Part shown: positions 31,340 through 40,462 of the stretch, in pieces
How positions within the stretch are numbered: the stretch's first letter is position 1
Layout: every line of letters starts with the position of its first letter
Source of the DNA: Deltaproteobacteria bacterium
GTDB taxonomy: Bacteria; Desulfobacterota; Binatia; Binatales; Binataceae
Assembly (NCBI GenBank): GCA_021780755.1
Contig: JAJXYF010000039.1
Coordinates: forward strand, 11,529-75,528
Length of the DNA stretch: 64,000 nucleotides
Reading direction: 5' to 3'
The notes under the pieces: generated by a model
What the model was told of the DNA's origin: nothing
Seen by the model: the letters and a program-made list of their open reading frames with translations, nothing else
Database searches by the model: none
Translations under genes and position numbers: made by a program

Positions 31340-32401
31340 TCAGGCTCCGAGTGCGGCGGCCTGTTCTTTGGTGTTGAGCGCGTCGATGAGCGGATCGATC
31401 GCGCCGTCCATCACCTGGTCGAGTTGATGAAGCGTCAGGTTAACGCGATGGTCGGTGACCCGTGATTGCGGGAAATTATAGGTCCGGATGCGCTCCGAGC
31501 GGTCGCCCGTGCCGACCATCGAACGTCGCGTCTCGGCGGTCTTGGCGTCCTGCTCGGCGTGGGCCAATTCGAGCAAACGGGCGCGCAGGATCTTGAGCGC
31601 GCGCGCCTTGTTCTTGTGCTGCGATTTCTCGTCGCGGCAGATGATCACCATCCCGCTCGGCACGTGCGTGATGCGCACCGCCGAATCGGTGGTGTTCACG
31701 CTCTGACCGCCGGGGCCAGACGCGCGCATCACGTCGATGCGCAGGTCTTTTTCCTCGTTGATATTGACCTCGACCTCGTCGGCCTCGGGCATCACCACCA
31801 CGGTCACCGCCGACGTATGGATACGCCCGGAGCCCTCGGTCGCCGGCACTCGCTGCACGCGATGCACTCCGCCTTCGAACTTGAGCCTGCTGTAGGCGCC
31901 GCGTCCGGCCACCAGCGCAACGACTTCCTTGATACCGCCGAGGCCGGTCGTGCTCAAGCTGAGCGATTCGATTTTCCAATTGTGACGCTCCGCATAGCGC
32001 GTGTACAAGCGGAACAGCTCGCCGGCAAACAGCGACGCTTCCTCGCCACCGGTCCCCGCACGAATTTCAAGCACTACGTTGCGTTCGTCGTTCGGGTCGC
32101 GCGGCGCGAGCAGCAGCTTGAGCCGCTCCTCGACCGCAGCCTGCTGCTTTTGCATCGAGGGCAATTCGGCCTTGGCGAGGTCGCGCAACTCCGCGTCGTC
32201 GCCTTCGAGCACCGCGCGATGTTCGCCAATCTCGTTGAGAATTCGCCGATACTCGCGAATCGCGCCGACCACCTCGCCGAGCTGCGAACGCTCCTTGGCG
32301 GCGACCGCGTACTCGCGATTGTTCGCGATTACCGCCGGATCGTTCATGCGCCGTTCGAGTTCGGCGTACCGATCTTCTATTCCCTTGAGTTTGTCGAGCA
32401 T
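31340..32401 (-). CDS. prfA: Peptide chain release factor 1
   Basis: EIRAGTGGEEA, HRVQRVPATE (PxT), GGQ, RIRTYNFPQ. Confidence 0.98.
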   Translation of the reverse strand: MLDKLKGIEDRYAELERRMNDPAVIANNREYAVAAKERSQLGEVVGAIREYRRILNEIGEHRAVLEGDDAELRDLAKAELPSMQKQQAAVEERLKLLLAPRDPNDERNVVLEIRAGTGGEEASLFAGELFRLYTRYAERHNWKIESLSLSTTGLGGIKEVVALVAGRGAYSRLKFEGGVHRVQRVPATEGSGRIHTSAVTVVVMPEADEVEVNINEEKDLRIDVMRASGPGGQSVNTTDSAVRITHVPSGMVIICRDEKSQHKNKARALKILRARLLELAHAEQDAKTAETRRSMVGTGDRSERIRTYNFPQSRVTDHRVNLTLHQLDQVMDGAIDPLIDALNTKEQAAALGA

Positions 32402-32525
32402 TGACGGTCAGACCGCAAGTTTGCCCAGTAGATAAAAGAAACGGCGCTCGGCTTGCGCCGGCGCCGGACCGCATCTCCCACGCACCCGGACGCTTGCGCG
32501 GCCACCGGCGGCAGGAGTTTCAATG

Positions 32526-32726
32526 CTACTTAACGCCGTACTTGCGCTTGAAGCGCTCCACCCGGCCGGCGGTGTCGACCAGCCGCTGCGTGCCGGTATA
32601 GAAGGGATGGCAATTCGAGCAGACCTCGACGCGGATATCGGCCAGCGTCGAATGGGTCTCGAAGGTATTGCCGCAAGCGCAAGTCACCACGCTGCGGCGG
32701 TACTTTGGATGGATTCCAGCTTTCAT
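32526..32726 (-). CDS. rpmE: 50S ribosomal protein L31 (zinc-binding type)
   Basis: [15 protein letters not shown]...[21 protein letters not shown]. Confidence 0.97.
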   Translation of the reverse strand: MKAGIHPKYRRSVVTCACGNTFETHSTLADIRVEVCSNCHPFYTGTQRLVDTAGRVERFKRKYGVK

Positions 32727-33037
32727 CTGACTCTCTAAGCCTGTTTGCACTCCGCTTTCAACCATACCATCGCCCATCCGCTTGCACAATTCACCCTCGC
32801 GCGGCTCCCCCGGAATCACCCGACTCTCCACGTTCGCGGTGTTTCGCCGGTATTTCCTGGCCGCCGTGCGTCGATGGGCGCCGACGCAAGGGCCAATCTA
32901 AGCATCCTTCGCGGCGCGCGCACGGGTTCCTTTTCCGCCTGATGTCAAACAAAGATTTGTAAGTCGGCGCCTTTACAGACTAGAATGGCGCGCTCCAAGA
33001 ATCCGAACCGGGATTCAGACCGGGATTATGAATTGAC

Positions 33038-33829
33038 GTGGTGACGATGCAAGGAGGGATCGCGGCGGCCATTTCAGCAGCTTTCACACTCGCCGCCCTG
33101 ACCCTTCTGGCCGGATGCGGGGCGGCTGGCAATCAGGCCAACCATCAAGTGAAGGGCGCCGGCCTCAATCCGTCAGTTGTCAGCACCGACGCGGCCACTG
33201 GCACGACCAACGAAGGGACTCGCGTGATTACGAATCTGTCGCAGCTGTCATCGACGCCCACGGGGGTTCCCGCGCTTGACCCGCAGAGTCTCGTCAATGG
33301 GGCGGGGAGCCTGCGCGACGACTCCGCGCCGAGCGCCGACAATGCGCAGAGTATCGCCGACGCCAACCTCGATCACCTGTATCTTTCCAAGCAGCACAGC
33401 GCCGTCAACGGCGGCGAGGCGCGGGCCCCCGGCGATCGCACCCTGCTCAACGCGAAGGCCCGTGAATTCCCTGAATTTTCCTACGCCCTGCTCAACCAAA
33501 CCCTCGTCGCCGCGCAGGAACTCGAAGCCCAAAAGCTCCAGGATCACCCGCTCCCCGATGACATCAAACCGATCATCCTGGTCGCCGTGATGACCCCCGA
33601 AGGCAAACTTATCGACCTATCCATCGAACAACATACCGGGGTTGGCGAGGTTGACCGGGTCCTCATCGACGCCTGCAAAAAAGGTCTGTGGGCGATGAAT
33701 CCGCCCAAGGCCGCGCTCGCCGCAAACGACACCTACCGCTTGCGCTTCGAGGCGGTGATCAGAAACCACAGCTATGACCTACAGGGTAATTACCACTATA
33801 TAACGCACGTCGGATTGGCCCTCTTGTAA
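33038..33829 (+). CDS. Putative lipoprotein with TonB-C-terminal-like region
   Basis: LAGC lipobox; C-terminal VMTPEGKLIDLSIEQHTGVGEVD...NPP pattern. Confidence 0.55.
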   Translation: MVTMQGGIAAAISAAFTLAALTLLAGCGAAGNQANHQVKGAGLNPSVVSTDAATGTTNEGTRVITNLSQLSSTPTGVPALDPQSLVNGAGSLRDDSAPSADNAQSIADANLDHLYLSKQHSAVNGGEARAPGDRTLLNAKAREFPEFSYALLNQTLVAAQELEAQKLQDHPLPDDIKPIILVAVMTPEGKLIDLSIEQHTGVGEVDRVLIDACKKGLWAMNPPKAALAANDTYRLRFEAVIRNHSYDLQGNYHYITHVGLALL

Positions 33830-33932
33830 TCGCGGATCGTGTGGACTGCGCGCGGCTAAAGGAACTGATTAAGTTAACGGGCGGATTGGGTGGAGAGGAC
33901 GGGCATCGAACGAAGCATGACCAACAAGGAAT

Positions 33933-35108
33933 ATGATTAAGGCGCCACTCAGACTGATCTCGATGACTTCAGCGAAAATGCTCCGTGGACCCTGGCGCAA
34001 TTACCGCCCGCGCCCCGGCCTTTCCGTGCCGATCGTCACCGTCCTCGATCGCAACGGCAACGTCGTGGCCGACGAACAGCGCGCGGTGGTTCGCTATGCG
34101 ATCCAGCAAGGCGCCGGCGCCGACATCATTTTCGCGGCCGGCACCACCGGCGAATGGAACCGCATCGATAACGCCCGCCGCCAACTCGTCGCCCGCATCG
34201 CGGTTGACGAATGCCGCATCGCGGCCCGCGCCGGCCGCCGCGTCGAGGGCTGGGTCGGCATCACCGGACACACCCGCGCGGAGACCCTCGAGAACCTCGA
34301 TCACGCTATCGAGATCTCCGCCGACGCCGCCGTCGTCGCGCCCCTTTCGATCACCGACATTGACGATCCGGTCGATTTCGTCAAGCGCGAGATCGCCGCC
34401 GTCTTCGCCCGCACCGGCCGCCAGTTGCCGATCTTTCTTTACGACAACGAGGACATCGCCGCCGCCGGCAAGGCCGCCCATCTGCATACCCGCGACGTCA
34501 AGCAGATGAGCGAGCTTCCATACGTGCGCGGCATCAAAGTCACCGCCGGCAAGGCCGTCCTCGGCAACTACACGCGCGCCGCCGCCCACTTCAAGCGCCG
34601 GGGCGATTTCGCCATCTATCCCGGCAACGCTTACCTCATCTTCGACCTCTTCATGCCGTCGGACGGTCTCGTGCGCCGCCTCCGCAACGTCTGGAATCAT
34701 TACCTCACGCAAGACGCCCTGCCCTACGGCGTGGTCGCCGGCGCCGCCAATCTGATGCCTCGCGAATGGCAACGCGCATGGCAGGTCTGCCGCGTCGGCG
34801 ACGGCCCCATGATCGATCGCTACCGGATCATCATGGAGGAGTTTCGCGAGGCCTCCGTCTTTCTCCGTGGCACCCGCATCTACCGCCCGACCGTCGCCTG
34901 CCTCAAGGCCGGGCTGCGGCACCTCGGCGTGATTTCCAGCGACGCCGTCGCCGCCGGGACTCCCGCCCTCGAACCCGATCAGCGCCGCGAGTTCATTCGC
35001 CGCTTCAACGAGATCCGCCGCCGCGCCTGCGCCACCCTTGAGCCCGAATGGCAATCCACCTTGATGAAGCCGCGGATCGCCTCCGCCCGGTCGCTCCTCC
35101 AGGCCTGA
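33933..35108 (+). CDS. Dihydrodipicolinate synthase / class I aldolase family protein
   Basis: GTTGE, FLYDN (Tyr), GIKVT (Schiff-base Lys). Confidence 0.85.
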   Translation: MIKAPLRLISMTSAKMLRGPWRNYRPRPGLSVPIVTVLDRNGNVVADEQRAVVRYAIQQGAGADIIFAAGTTGEWNRIDNARRQLVARIAVDECRIAARAGRRVEGWVGITGHTRAETLENLDHAIEISADAAVVAPLSITDIDDPVDFVKREIAAVFARTGRQLPIFLYDNEDIAAAGKAAHLHTRDVKQMSELPYVRGIKVTAGKAVLGNYTRAAAHFKRRGDFAIYPGNAYLIFDLFMPSDGLVRRLRNVWNHYLTQDALPYGVVAGAANLMPREWQRAWQVCRVGDGPMIDRYRIIMEEFREASVFLRGTRIYRPTVACLKAGLRHLGVISSDAVAAGTPALEPDQRREFIRRFNEIRRRACATLEPEWQSTLMKPRIASARSLLQA

Positions 35109-35117
35109 GACCCGCGG

Positions 35118-36782
35118 ATGCCCGATCTCAAGCTCGACGCCGTCGGATGCGGCAGCATGGTCGTGGATCAGTTCTATCGCACACCCCGCATCATCAGCGC
35201 CGACGAAAAAATCCTGCTCGATTCCGGACGCAACGGCTCCGCCTCCGAACCGCCAACCGTCGGCGGCGTCGTCCTGAATCACCTCGGATGGGCCCGCGTG
35301 CTCGGTCTCGACGTCGGCATCTTCGGCAAGATGGGCGACGACCGCTACGGCGAAATCCTGCGCGGCGGCATGAACGCGCTCGGCATCCGGCATCATCTGA
35401 CGCTCGACGGCAGCGCCAGTTCGTTCGCGACCATCTTCGTTGACGCCCAAGGCAATCGCGCCATCTACATGGTGCGAGGCGCGACCGCCGAACTTAAGCC
35501 GGCCGAGATTCGCCGTCGTCACGGCGCCTTCATCCGCAACTCCCATCTGGTCTCGACCGAAATCTCTCAGCTCCCGCTCTCGACCGTCATCGCGCTGCTG
35601 CTGTTCGCCCGCGCGCATTCAATTCCGACTGTCCTCGATATCGACGTACCGCCCTCCGACGCGGTCGCGTCGCTCGGCACGCGCGCCGAACTCGAGCGGG
35701 CGCTCAAGCTCGCCACCGTCCTCAAGCCGGCCAAGGCCGCCGCCCGTGAACTTGCCGCCGGCGTCCGCGACCCGCTTAAAATGGCCGAGGCCATTCGCAC
35801 GCGCTATGGCAGCCGCGCCGTTGTCATCACCGACGGTGAACGCGGCTGCGCCATCGCGGCATCCGACACTGCCCTGCGCGTGCCCGCGTTTCGCGTGCCG
35901 CGTCAAATCGACGCGACCGGCGCCGGCGACGCCTTCATGGGCGCGCTGCTCGCCGGCCTCCGATGGAATCTCTCATGGGACCAGATCGGTCGCCTGGGCA
36001 ACGCCGCCGGCGCCGTCTGCATCACCCGCCTCGGCGCCTTTCCGGCGCGCCTCGATCTCCGCGACGAAATTTTGAAACTTTACGGCGAGCCGCTGCCGAC
36101 GTGCGCCATCGCCCCGCAGACCATCACCGCCGACGGCTCGAGCGCGCTCGACCCGGTCACCGAGGTCGCGCGCTTCTTCGATACCGCGATCGCGGAACTC
36201 GCCGGCCTGCGCAACGCCATCGATCTTGAATCGATCGCGCGCGCGGTCACGATCATTCGCACCGCCGAGACCCGCGGCGGACGCGTTCACGTCACCGGCG
36301 TCGGCAAGCCCGAACACGTCGCCCGATACGCCGCGAGCGTGTTCTGCTCGGTCGGTACGATGGCCACGTTTCTGCACGCCACCGAAACCCTCCACGGCAG
36401 CCTCGGCCAGATCGATCCGCGCGACGTCGTCATCGCCATCTCCAACAGCGGCAATACCGACGAACTGTGCGCCGCCGCGATCGCCGTCAAGGATCACGGC
36501 GCGCGACTAATCGCGGTCACTGGCAACGAAGTTTCGGAACTCGGCCGCTTGGCCGACTTGGTGCTGCATGCGCCGGTCCAGAATGAAGGCGGTGTCCTCG
36601 GACTCGCCCCGCGCATCAGTGTGCTTGCCCAGGTCTTCGTGGTCGCGGCGTTGTCGGTGGCTCTGGAAGCGGCGCGCGGACTTACGCTTGAGGAATACAG
36701 CCGATGGCATCGGGCCGGCACGCTCGGCGAAGCGGCCCGGCGCCGCGCCGCCGCCACTCCCCCGATTCGCAACCGCCGCTAA
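35118..36782 (+). CDS. PfkB carbohydrate kinase fused to a KdsD/GutQ-like SIS isomerase domain
   Basis: GKMGDDRYG, DATGAGDAF; then VTGVGKPEH, FLHATETLHGSLG, ISNSGNTDE, WHRAGTLG. Confidence 0.88.
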   Translation: MPDLKLDAVGCGSMVVDQFYRTPRIISADEKILLDSGRNGSASEPPTVGGVVLNHLGWARVLGLDVGIFGKMGDDRYGEILRGGMNALGIRHHLTLDGSASSFATIFVDAQGNRAIYMVRGATAELKPAEIRRRHGAFIRNSHLVSTEISQLPLSTVIALLLFARAHSIPTVLDIDVPPSDAVASLGTRAELERALKLATVLKPAKAAARELAAGVRDPLKMAEAIRTRYGSRAVVITDGERGCAIAASDTALRVPAFRVPRQIDATGAGDAFMGALLAGLRWNLSWDQIGRLGNAAGAVCITRLGAFPARLDLRDEILKLYGEPLPTCAIAPQTITADGSSALDPVTEVARFFDTAIAELAGLRNAIDLESIARAVTIIRTAETRGGRVHVTGVGKPEHVARYAASVFCSVGTMATFLHATETLHGSLGQIDPRDVVIAISNSGNTDELCAAAIAVKDHGARLIAVTGNEVSELGRLADLVLHAPVQNEGGVLGLAPRISVLAQVFVVAALSVALEAARGLTLEEYSRWHRAGTLGEAARRRAAATPPIRNRR

Positions 36783-36793
36783 CCGCGGACACC

Positions 36794-36852
36794 GAAACCT
36801 CACAGGGTTTCGACTTCCCTTTGGCAAGACGCGGGCTTCGCCTTGTGGAACC
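36794..36852 (+). repeat. Dispersed structured intergenic repeat, copy 1
   Basis: GAAACCTCACAGGGTTTC-GACTTCCC-N8-GACGCGGGCTTCGCC; matches copies at 53364 and 62598. Confidence 0.75.
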
Positions 36853-36918
36853 TCGCCACGGGTTGACCTCTTCACCGATCGACGCTCGCGTCGCTCGGGC
36901 AGGGACTCGCCCCGGCCA

Positions 36919-37692
36919 CTATTTTCCGGTGAATTTCGGCGTGCGCTTTTCCTGGAACGCCGTGATTCCTTCGCGATAGTCCGCGGTCCGTCCCGCGACA
37001 CCCTGCGCTTTCGCTTCTGCCGCAAGCACTTCGGACAGGCCGAGCTGCTCGTCGCGAATCCGCCGCACGATCCGCCGCGATTCCATGAAGGCCGCCGTCG
37101 GCCCTTGCGCGACTTGGCCGGCGAGCTTGCGTGTCTCCGCCACCAATGAAGCAAGCGGGAACGCGCGATTCACCAGGCCCAGTTGAGCGGCCTCGGTGCC
37201 GCTCAGAAAACGCGTCGTGTAGATCAATTCGAGCGCCAGATGACTGCCGAGGCGCTCGACCAGGAACAAATGGCTGCCGGAGTCGAGTACCGCACCGATT
37301 CGCGCGAAGGGCGAGCCGATTTTGGCGTCGTCGGCGACATAGACCACATCACACGCGAGCGCGATTCCGAGGCCGGCACCCAGGCAAGGGCCGTGCACCG
37401 CGGCAAAGGTCGGCGCGGGAAAGTCCGCGATCGTTTGAATCACCGGATTGAAGACGGTCTTCAGAATCGTCTCGGCGTCCTCCTTGCCGGGCTCGGCGCC
37501 GGCGAGATCGCGACCGGCGGAAAAGCCCGGTCCCTCGCCGCGGATCAGTAGCGCGCGAACCGGTCCCGTGGCCGCGGCGGCCAGTCGCGCGTTCATCTCG
37601 GCGACCATCGCGTCGTCAAACGCATTCATCTTGGCCGGCCGATTGAGGACGACTTCGGCGACGCCATTTTCGATCGTCAGGTCAACGCTCAT
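36919..37692 (-). CDS. Enoyl-CoA hydratase/isomerase (PaaG-like)
   Basis: LNRPAKMNAF, FSAGRDL, GAGLGIALACD, GAVLDSG, DYREGITAFQEKRTPKF. Confidence 0.9.
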   Translation of the reverse strand: MSVDLTIENGVAEVVLNRPAKMNAFDDAMVAEMNARLAAAATGPVRALLIRGEGPGFSAGRDLAGAEPGKEDAETILKTVFNPVIQTIADFPAPTFAAVHGPCLGAGLGIALACDVVYVADDAKIGSPFARIGAVLDSGSHLFLVERLGSHLALELIYTTRFLSGTEAAQLGLVNRAFPLASLVAETRKLAGQVAQGPTAAFMESRRIVRRIRDEQLGLSEVLAAEAKAQGVAGRTADYREGITAFQEKRTPKFTGK

Positions 37693-37714
37693 GGTGCTTC
37701 GATGCCTCCGCGAG

Positions 37715-38806
37715 CTAAAACACCGGGATGATGTCAGCGTCCGTGATGTCGCCCACTTCGACGCCATCGATATCGAGTTCCGGAATCGCCGGGAACTCGA
37801 TATGCCAGCGCTCGAGCAGCTTGCGCACCTTCGCGATCGCGACGCGCCAGTTGTCCGCCTGCTCATCGACCGTGAGTATTCCCAGCCCCGCCTTGCGCGC
37901 GATATTGAGCAGCACGCGATGGTTGGTGAGAAAATAATCGGGCAACTTCCAGAACAGCATCGGCGGCTCCCACAACACCATCGACAGAAACACGAACCCG
38001 GCGCGCAATTGTTTGGTCACGAACCCGCGGTACTCGTCGCTCAGCCCCGGCCATTCCTTCTCGAGCAGCGTGATACAGATTTGCAGATGGCGCGATTCGT
38101 CGCGTCCGATACTGCGAAAGACCTGCTCGAATACCGGATGCCGGGTCGCTCGCGCCATCCCGTGAAACAGCGTTGACGACGCCACCTCACCCATCATGAA
38201 CGAGGTGAACAGCACCGCCAGCGGGTACTTCGTCACCGCGTTGTTAAAGCCCGACCAGTAGCGGCCCCCGTTATGGTAGAGCCAATCGATATTGTTGAGC
38301 GCGGCGCGTTCGAGTTCGGTCTTTGGAGTGAAGCCCTGCGGGCCGTTGGGCACCAGTCGCTGAATCGCTCGCTGGCAGCATTCCTCGTGATTGGTCTCGT
38401 CGCGCGTGATCGAAAAGAAGCACTTGCGCACCGCGTCTTCCTCATGCGTCTCGAACGCATGAATCATCGCGCGCGCGAACACCGCCGGCCCTGACGAATC
38501 GAAATTCGACAGCAGCGCCCACCAGTACATCATCGCGATTCGCTCGTCCGCGCTGAACGCCACCGGATCGAGCGTGTCCCACGGAATCGCCGACGGGTTG
38601 AAGCCCTCGACCTTCGCACGCTCGTAAATCTCCGCCAGCTTCGGCGTCTCGTGCGTCCATCCGAGCGGAAAGATATTCGGCTGCGGCACCGGTGGTGCGT
38701 CAATAAATCCCGTTTCCGGGATCAACAGCCCGCGCTTCAATTCCTCAACCGTTGGCAAAATCAGGTTCGATTCGCTGTTGCGAAGCTTGCTCGCCGATGC
38801 GCCCAT
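37715..38806 (-). CDS. Ferritin-like diiron protein
   Basis: Two RDExxH motifs (RDETNH, RDESRH), helix ligands NFD and MGEV; GGAGG RBS. Confidence 0.8.
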   Translation of the reverse strand: MGASASKLRNSESNLILPTVEELKRGLLIPETGFIDAPPVPQPNIFPLGWTHETPKLAEIYERAKVEGFNPSAIPWDTLDPVAFSADERIAMMYWWALLSNFDSSGPAVFARAMIHAFETHEEDAVRKCFFSITRDETNHEECCQRAIQRLVPNGPQGFTPKTELERAALNNIDWLYHNGGRYWSGFNNAVTKYPLAVLFTSFMMGEVASSTLFHGMARATRHPVFEQVFRSIGRDESRHLQICITLLEKEWPGLSDEYRGFVTKQLRAGFVFLSMVLWEPPMLFWKLPDYFLTNHRVLLNIARKAGLGILTVDEQADNWRVAIAKVRKLLERWHIEFPAIPELDIDGVEVGDITDADIIPVF

Positions 38807-38846
38807 TTGTGCCGGCCTCCATCTGGATCTGGCAGGGCTTAAACCT

Positions 38847-38856
38847 ACCAATTGGT
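38847..38856. promoter_or_regulatory. Candidate TetR operator (palindrome)
   Basis: Perfect palindrome ACCAATTGGT about 40 bp upstream of the diiron gene. Confidence 0.35.
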
Positions 38857-38940
38857 TGATTTATAAATCGCGCCCCGGAAATGTCAACCGAACAACTCAT
38901 TCATCTTCATGGGCCTCCAGACTTCGCTCCATCCAATACC

Positions 38941-39537
38941 TCATTCGAGTCCCGCGAAGGCGACCCGGCTTGCCGCCGCGACGATATCCTCGACGCCCAG
39001 CCCGCCCCCCGGACGGTACCACTCGGTAATCGAGTTGAGCATCCCGAAGAGCAGCCGCGTGATCAGTCCTGGTTCGATATCGGCGCGAATCTGTCCCTTT
39101 AGCTGTGCATCTTTGACGATCGCCGCGACCAGGCGATCGAAGCGCCGGCGTCGTTCGAGAATCCATCTCTCGGTTGAAGTATTGCCGCGCACCCGCAGCA
39201 GCAGCGCGACCTCCGGCAAGCGCTCGACCGTGACCTCGATAGTGCGCCGCACGACGTGCTTCAGGCGATCGATCTCGCGACCTTCCCGCGCGGCGGACTC
39301 CTGGAGCACGGCGAACAACGCGTCAAGCGCCCGTCCCGCACCGCGCGCGAGCAGCGCCTCTTTGCCGTCGGCATGGTAGTAGATACTCGCCTTGGTGATC
39401 CCCGCGGCGGCAGCAACCTGGTCGAGCGACGCGCCATCATAGCCGCGGCGCAAAAAGACCTGCACCGCGATATCGACGATCGCGTCCATGTCGTACGGTT
39501 TACGCTCTTTTGCTGAAGGCCGGCCCACCGAATTCAC
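38941..39537 (-). CDS. TetR family regulator (PaaR-like)
   Basis: HTH F.RRGYDGASLDQVA.AAGITKASIYYH; LLLRVRGNT..ERW.LERRRRFD. Confidence 0.9.
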   Translation of the reverse strand: MNSVGRPSAKERKPYDMDAIVDIAVQVFLRRGYDGASLDQVAAAAGITKASIYYHADGKEALLARGAGRALDALFAVLQESAAREGREIDRLKHVVRRTIEVTVERLPEVALLLRVRGNTSTERWILERRRRFDRLVAAIVKDAQLKGQIRADIEPGLITRLLFGMLNSITEWYRPGGGLGVEDIVAAASRVAFAGLE

Positions 39538-39639
39538 GCGCCCCTGATAATATGGTTTAACCTAGCCGATATCGACGCGCCAAACGGCGCGCGCGTCTCA
39601 TGCAAAAATCGACGTATCGTTCGGCGCAGGAGTAATCCG

Positions 39640-40461
39640 ATGAAGTACGGCATCGCGATTCGCAACATGGGCCCGCAGTCAACCCGCGAAACTATCCGCG
39701 AGTGCGCGCGCGTGGCGGAACAACTCGGCTTCGACGCGCTCTTTGTTTCGGATCATCTCTGCATCCCGCCTGACGATACCGAAGGCTCCGGCGGGCGCTA
39801 CCTCGACGTGCTCGCGACGCTCGCGTATCTGGCCGGCGCGACCGATCGCATCAAACTCGGCGTCTCGGTCCTGGTGCTGCCCTATCGGCCCGCGGTGCTC
39901 ACCGCAAAGCAGGTCGCGACGATCCAGGAACTGTCGGGTGAACGCATGATCGTGGGCGTGGGCGTCGGCTGGATGAAGCGTGAGTTCGAGGCGCTCGGCG
40001 TGGACAAGCGGATGCGCGGGCGCCTCAGCAACGAGACCTTGCGCGTGCTGCGTCATCTGTTCACCACCCAGGCCCAGGCGTATCGCGGCGACCTCGTGAG
40101 CTTTCCGCCATTCGTATTTGAGCCGCGTCCCGCATGTCCGCCCATCTGGATCGGTGGTAATGGCGACCCCGCGATCGCGCGCGTGCTCGAGTTCGGCAGC
40201 GGATGGCATCCGATGCTGCCCGCCGAGAAACTCAAGCCTGCGGTCATCGCGCTCAAGCAAAAGCTCAAGGCGAAGGGTCGCGATGAAATCGAAATCGTCG
40301 TGCGGCGCGGACTGCGTCTCGACGATATCGGGGCGGCGCGCGAGCGCGTCGCGGCCGAACGCGACGCCGGCGCGACCTACTTCATACTCGATCTCGGGCG
40401 CTATCCGAGCGCGCGCGAATTTGCCGCGCAGGCCGAAGCGTTCATGGCGAAGGTTGCCTGA
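39640..40461 (+). CDS. LLM class, probably F420-dependent, oxidoreductase
   Basis: GFDALFVSDH, LGVSVLVLPYR, GVGVGW..EF, PIWIGG. Confidence 0.88.
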   Translation: MKYGIAIRNMGPQSTRETIRECARVAEQLGFDALFVSDHLCIPPDDTEGSGGRYLDVLATLAYLAGATDRIKLGVSVLVLPYRPAVLTAKQVATIQELSGERMIVGVGVGWMKREFEALGVDKRMRGRLSNETLRVLRHLFTTQAQAYRGDLVSFPPFVFEPRPACPPIWIGGNGDPAIARVLEFGSGWHPMLPAEKLKPAVIALKQKLKAKGRDEIEIVVRRGLRLDDIGAARERVAAERDAGATYFILDLGRYPSAREFAAQAEAFMAKVA

Positions 40462-40462
40462 T

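Noticed and set aside
33005-33028. Direct repeat ACCGGGATT x2 upstream of the lipoprotein gene
   Set aside because: Only two 9-bp copies; could be chance, and no other support.
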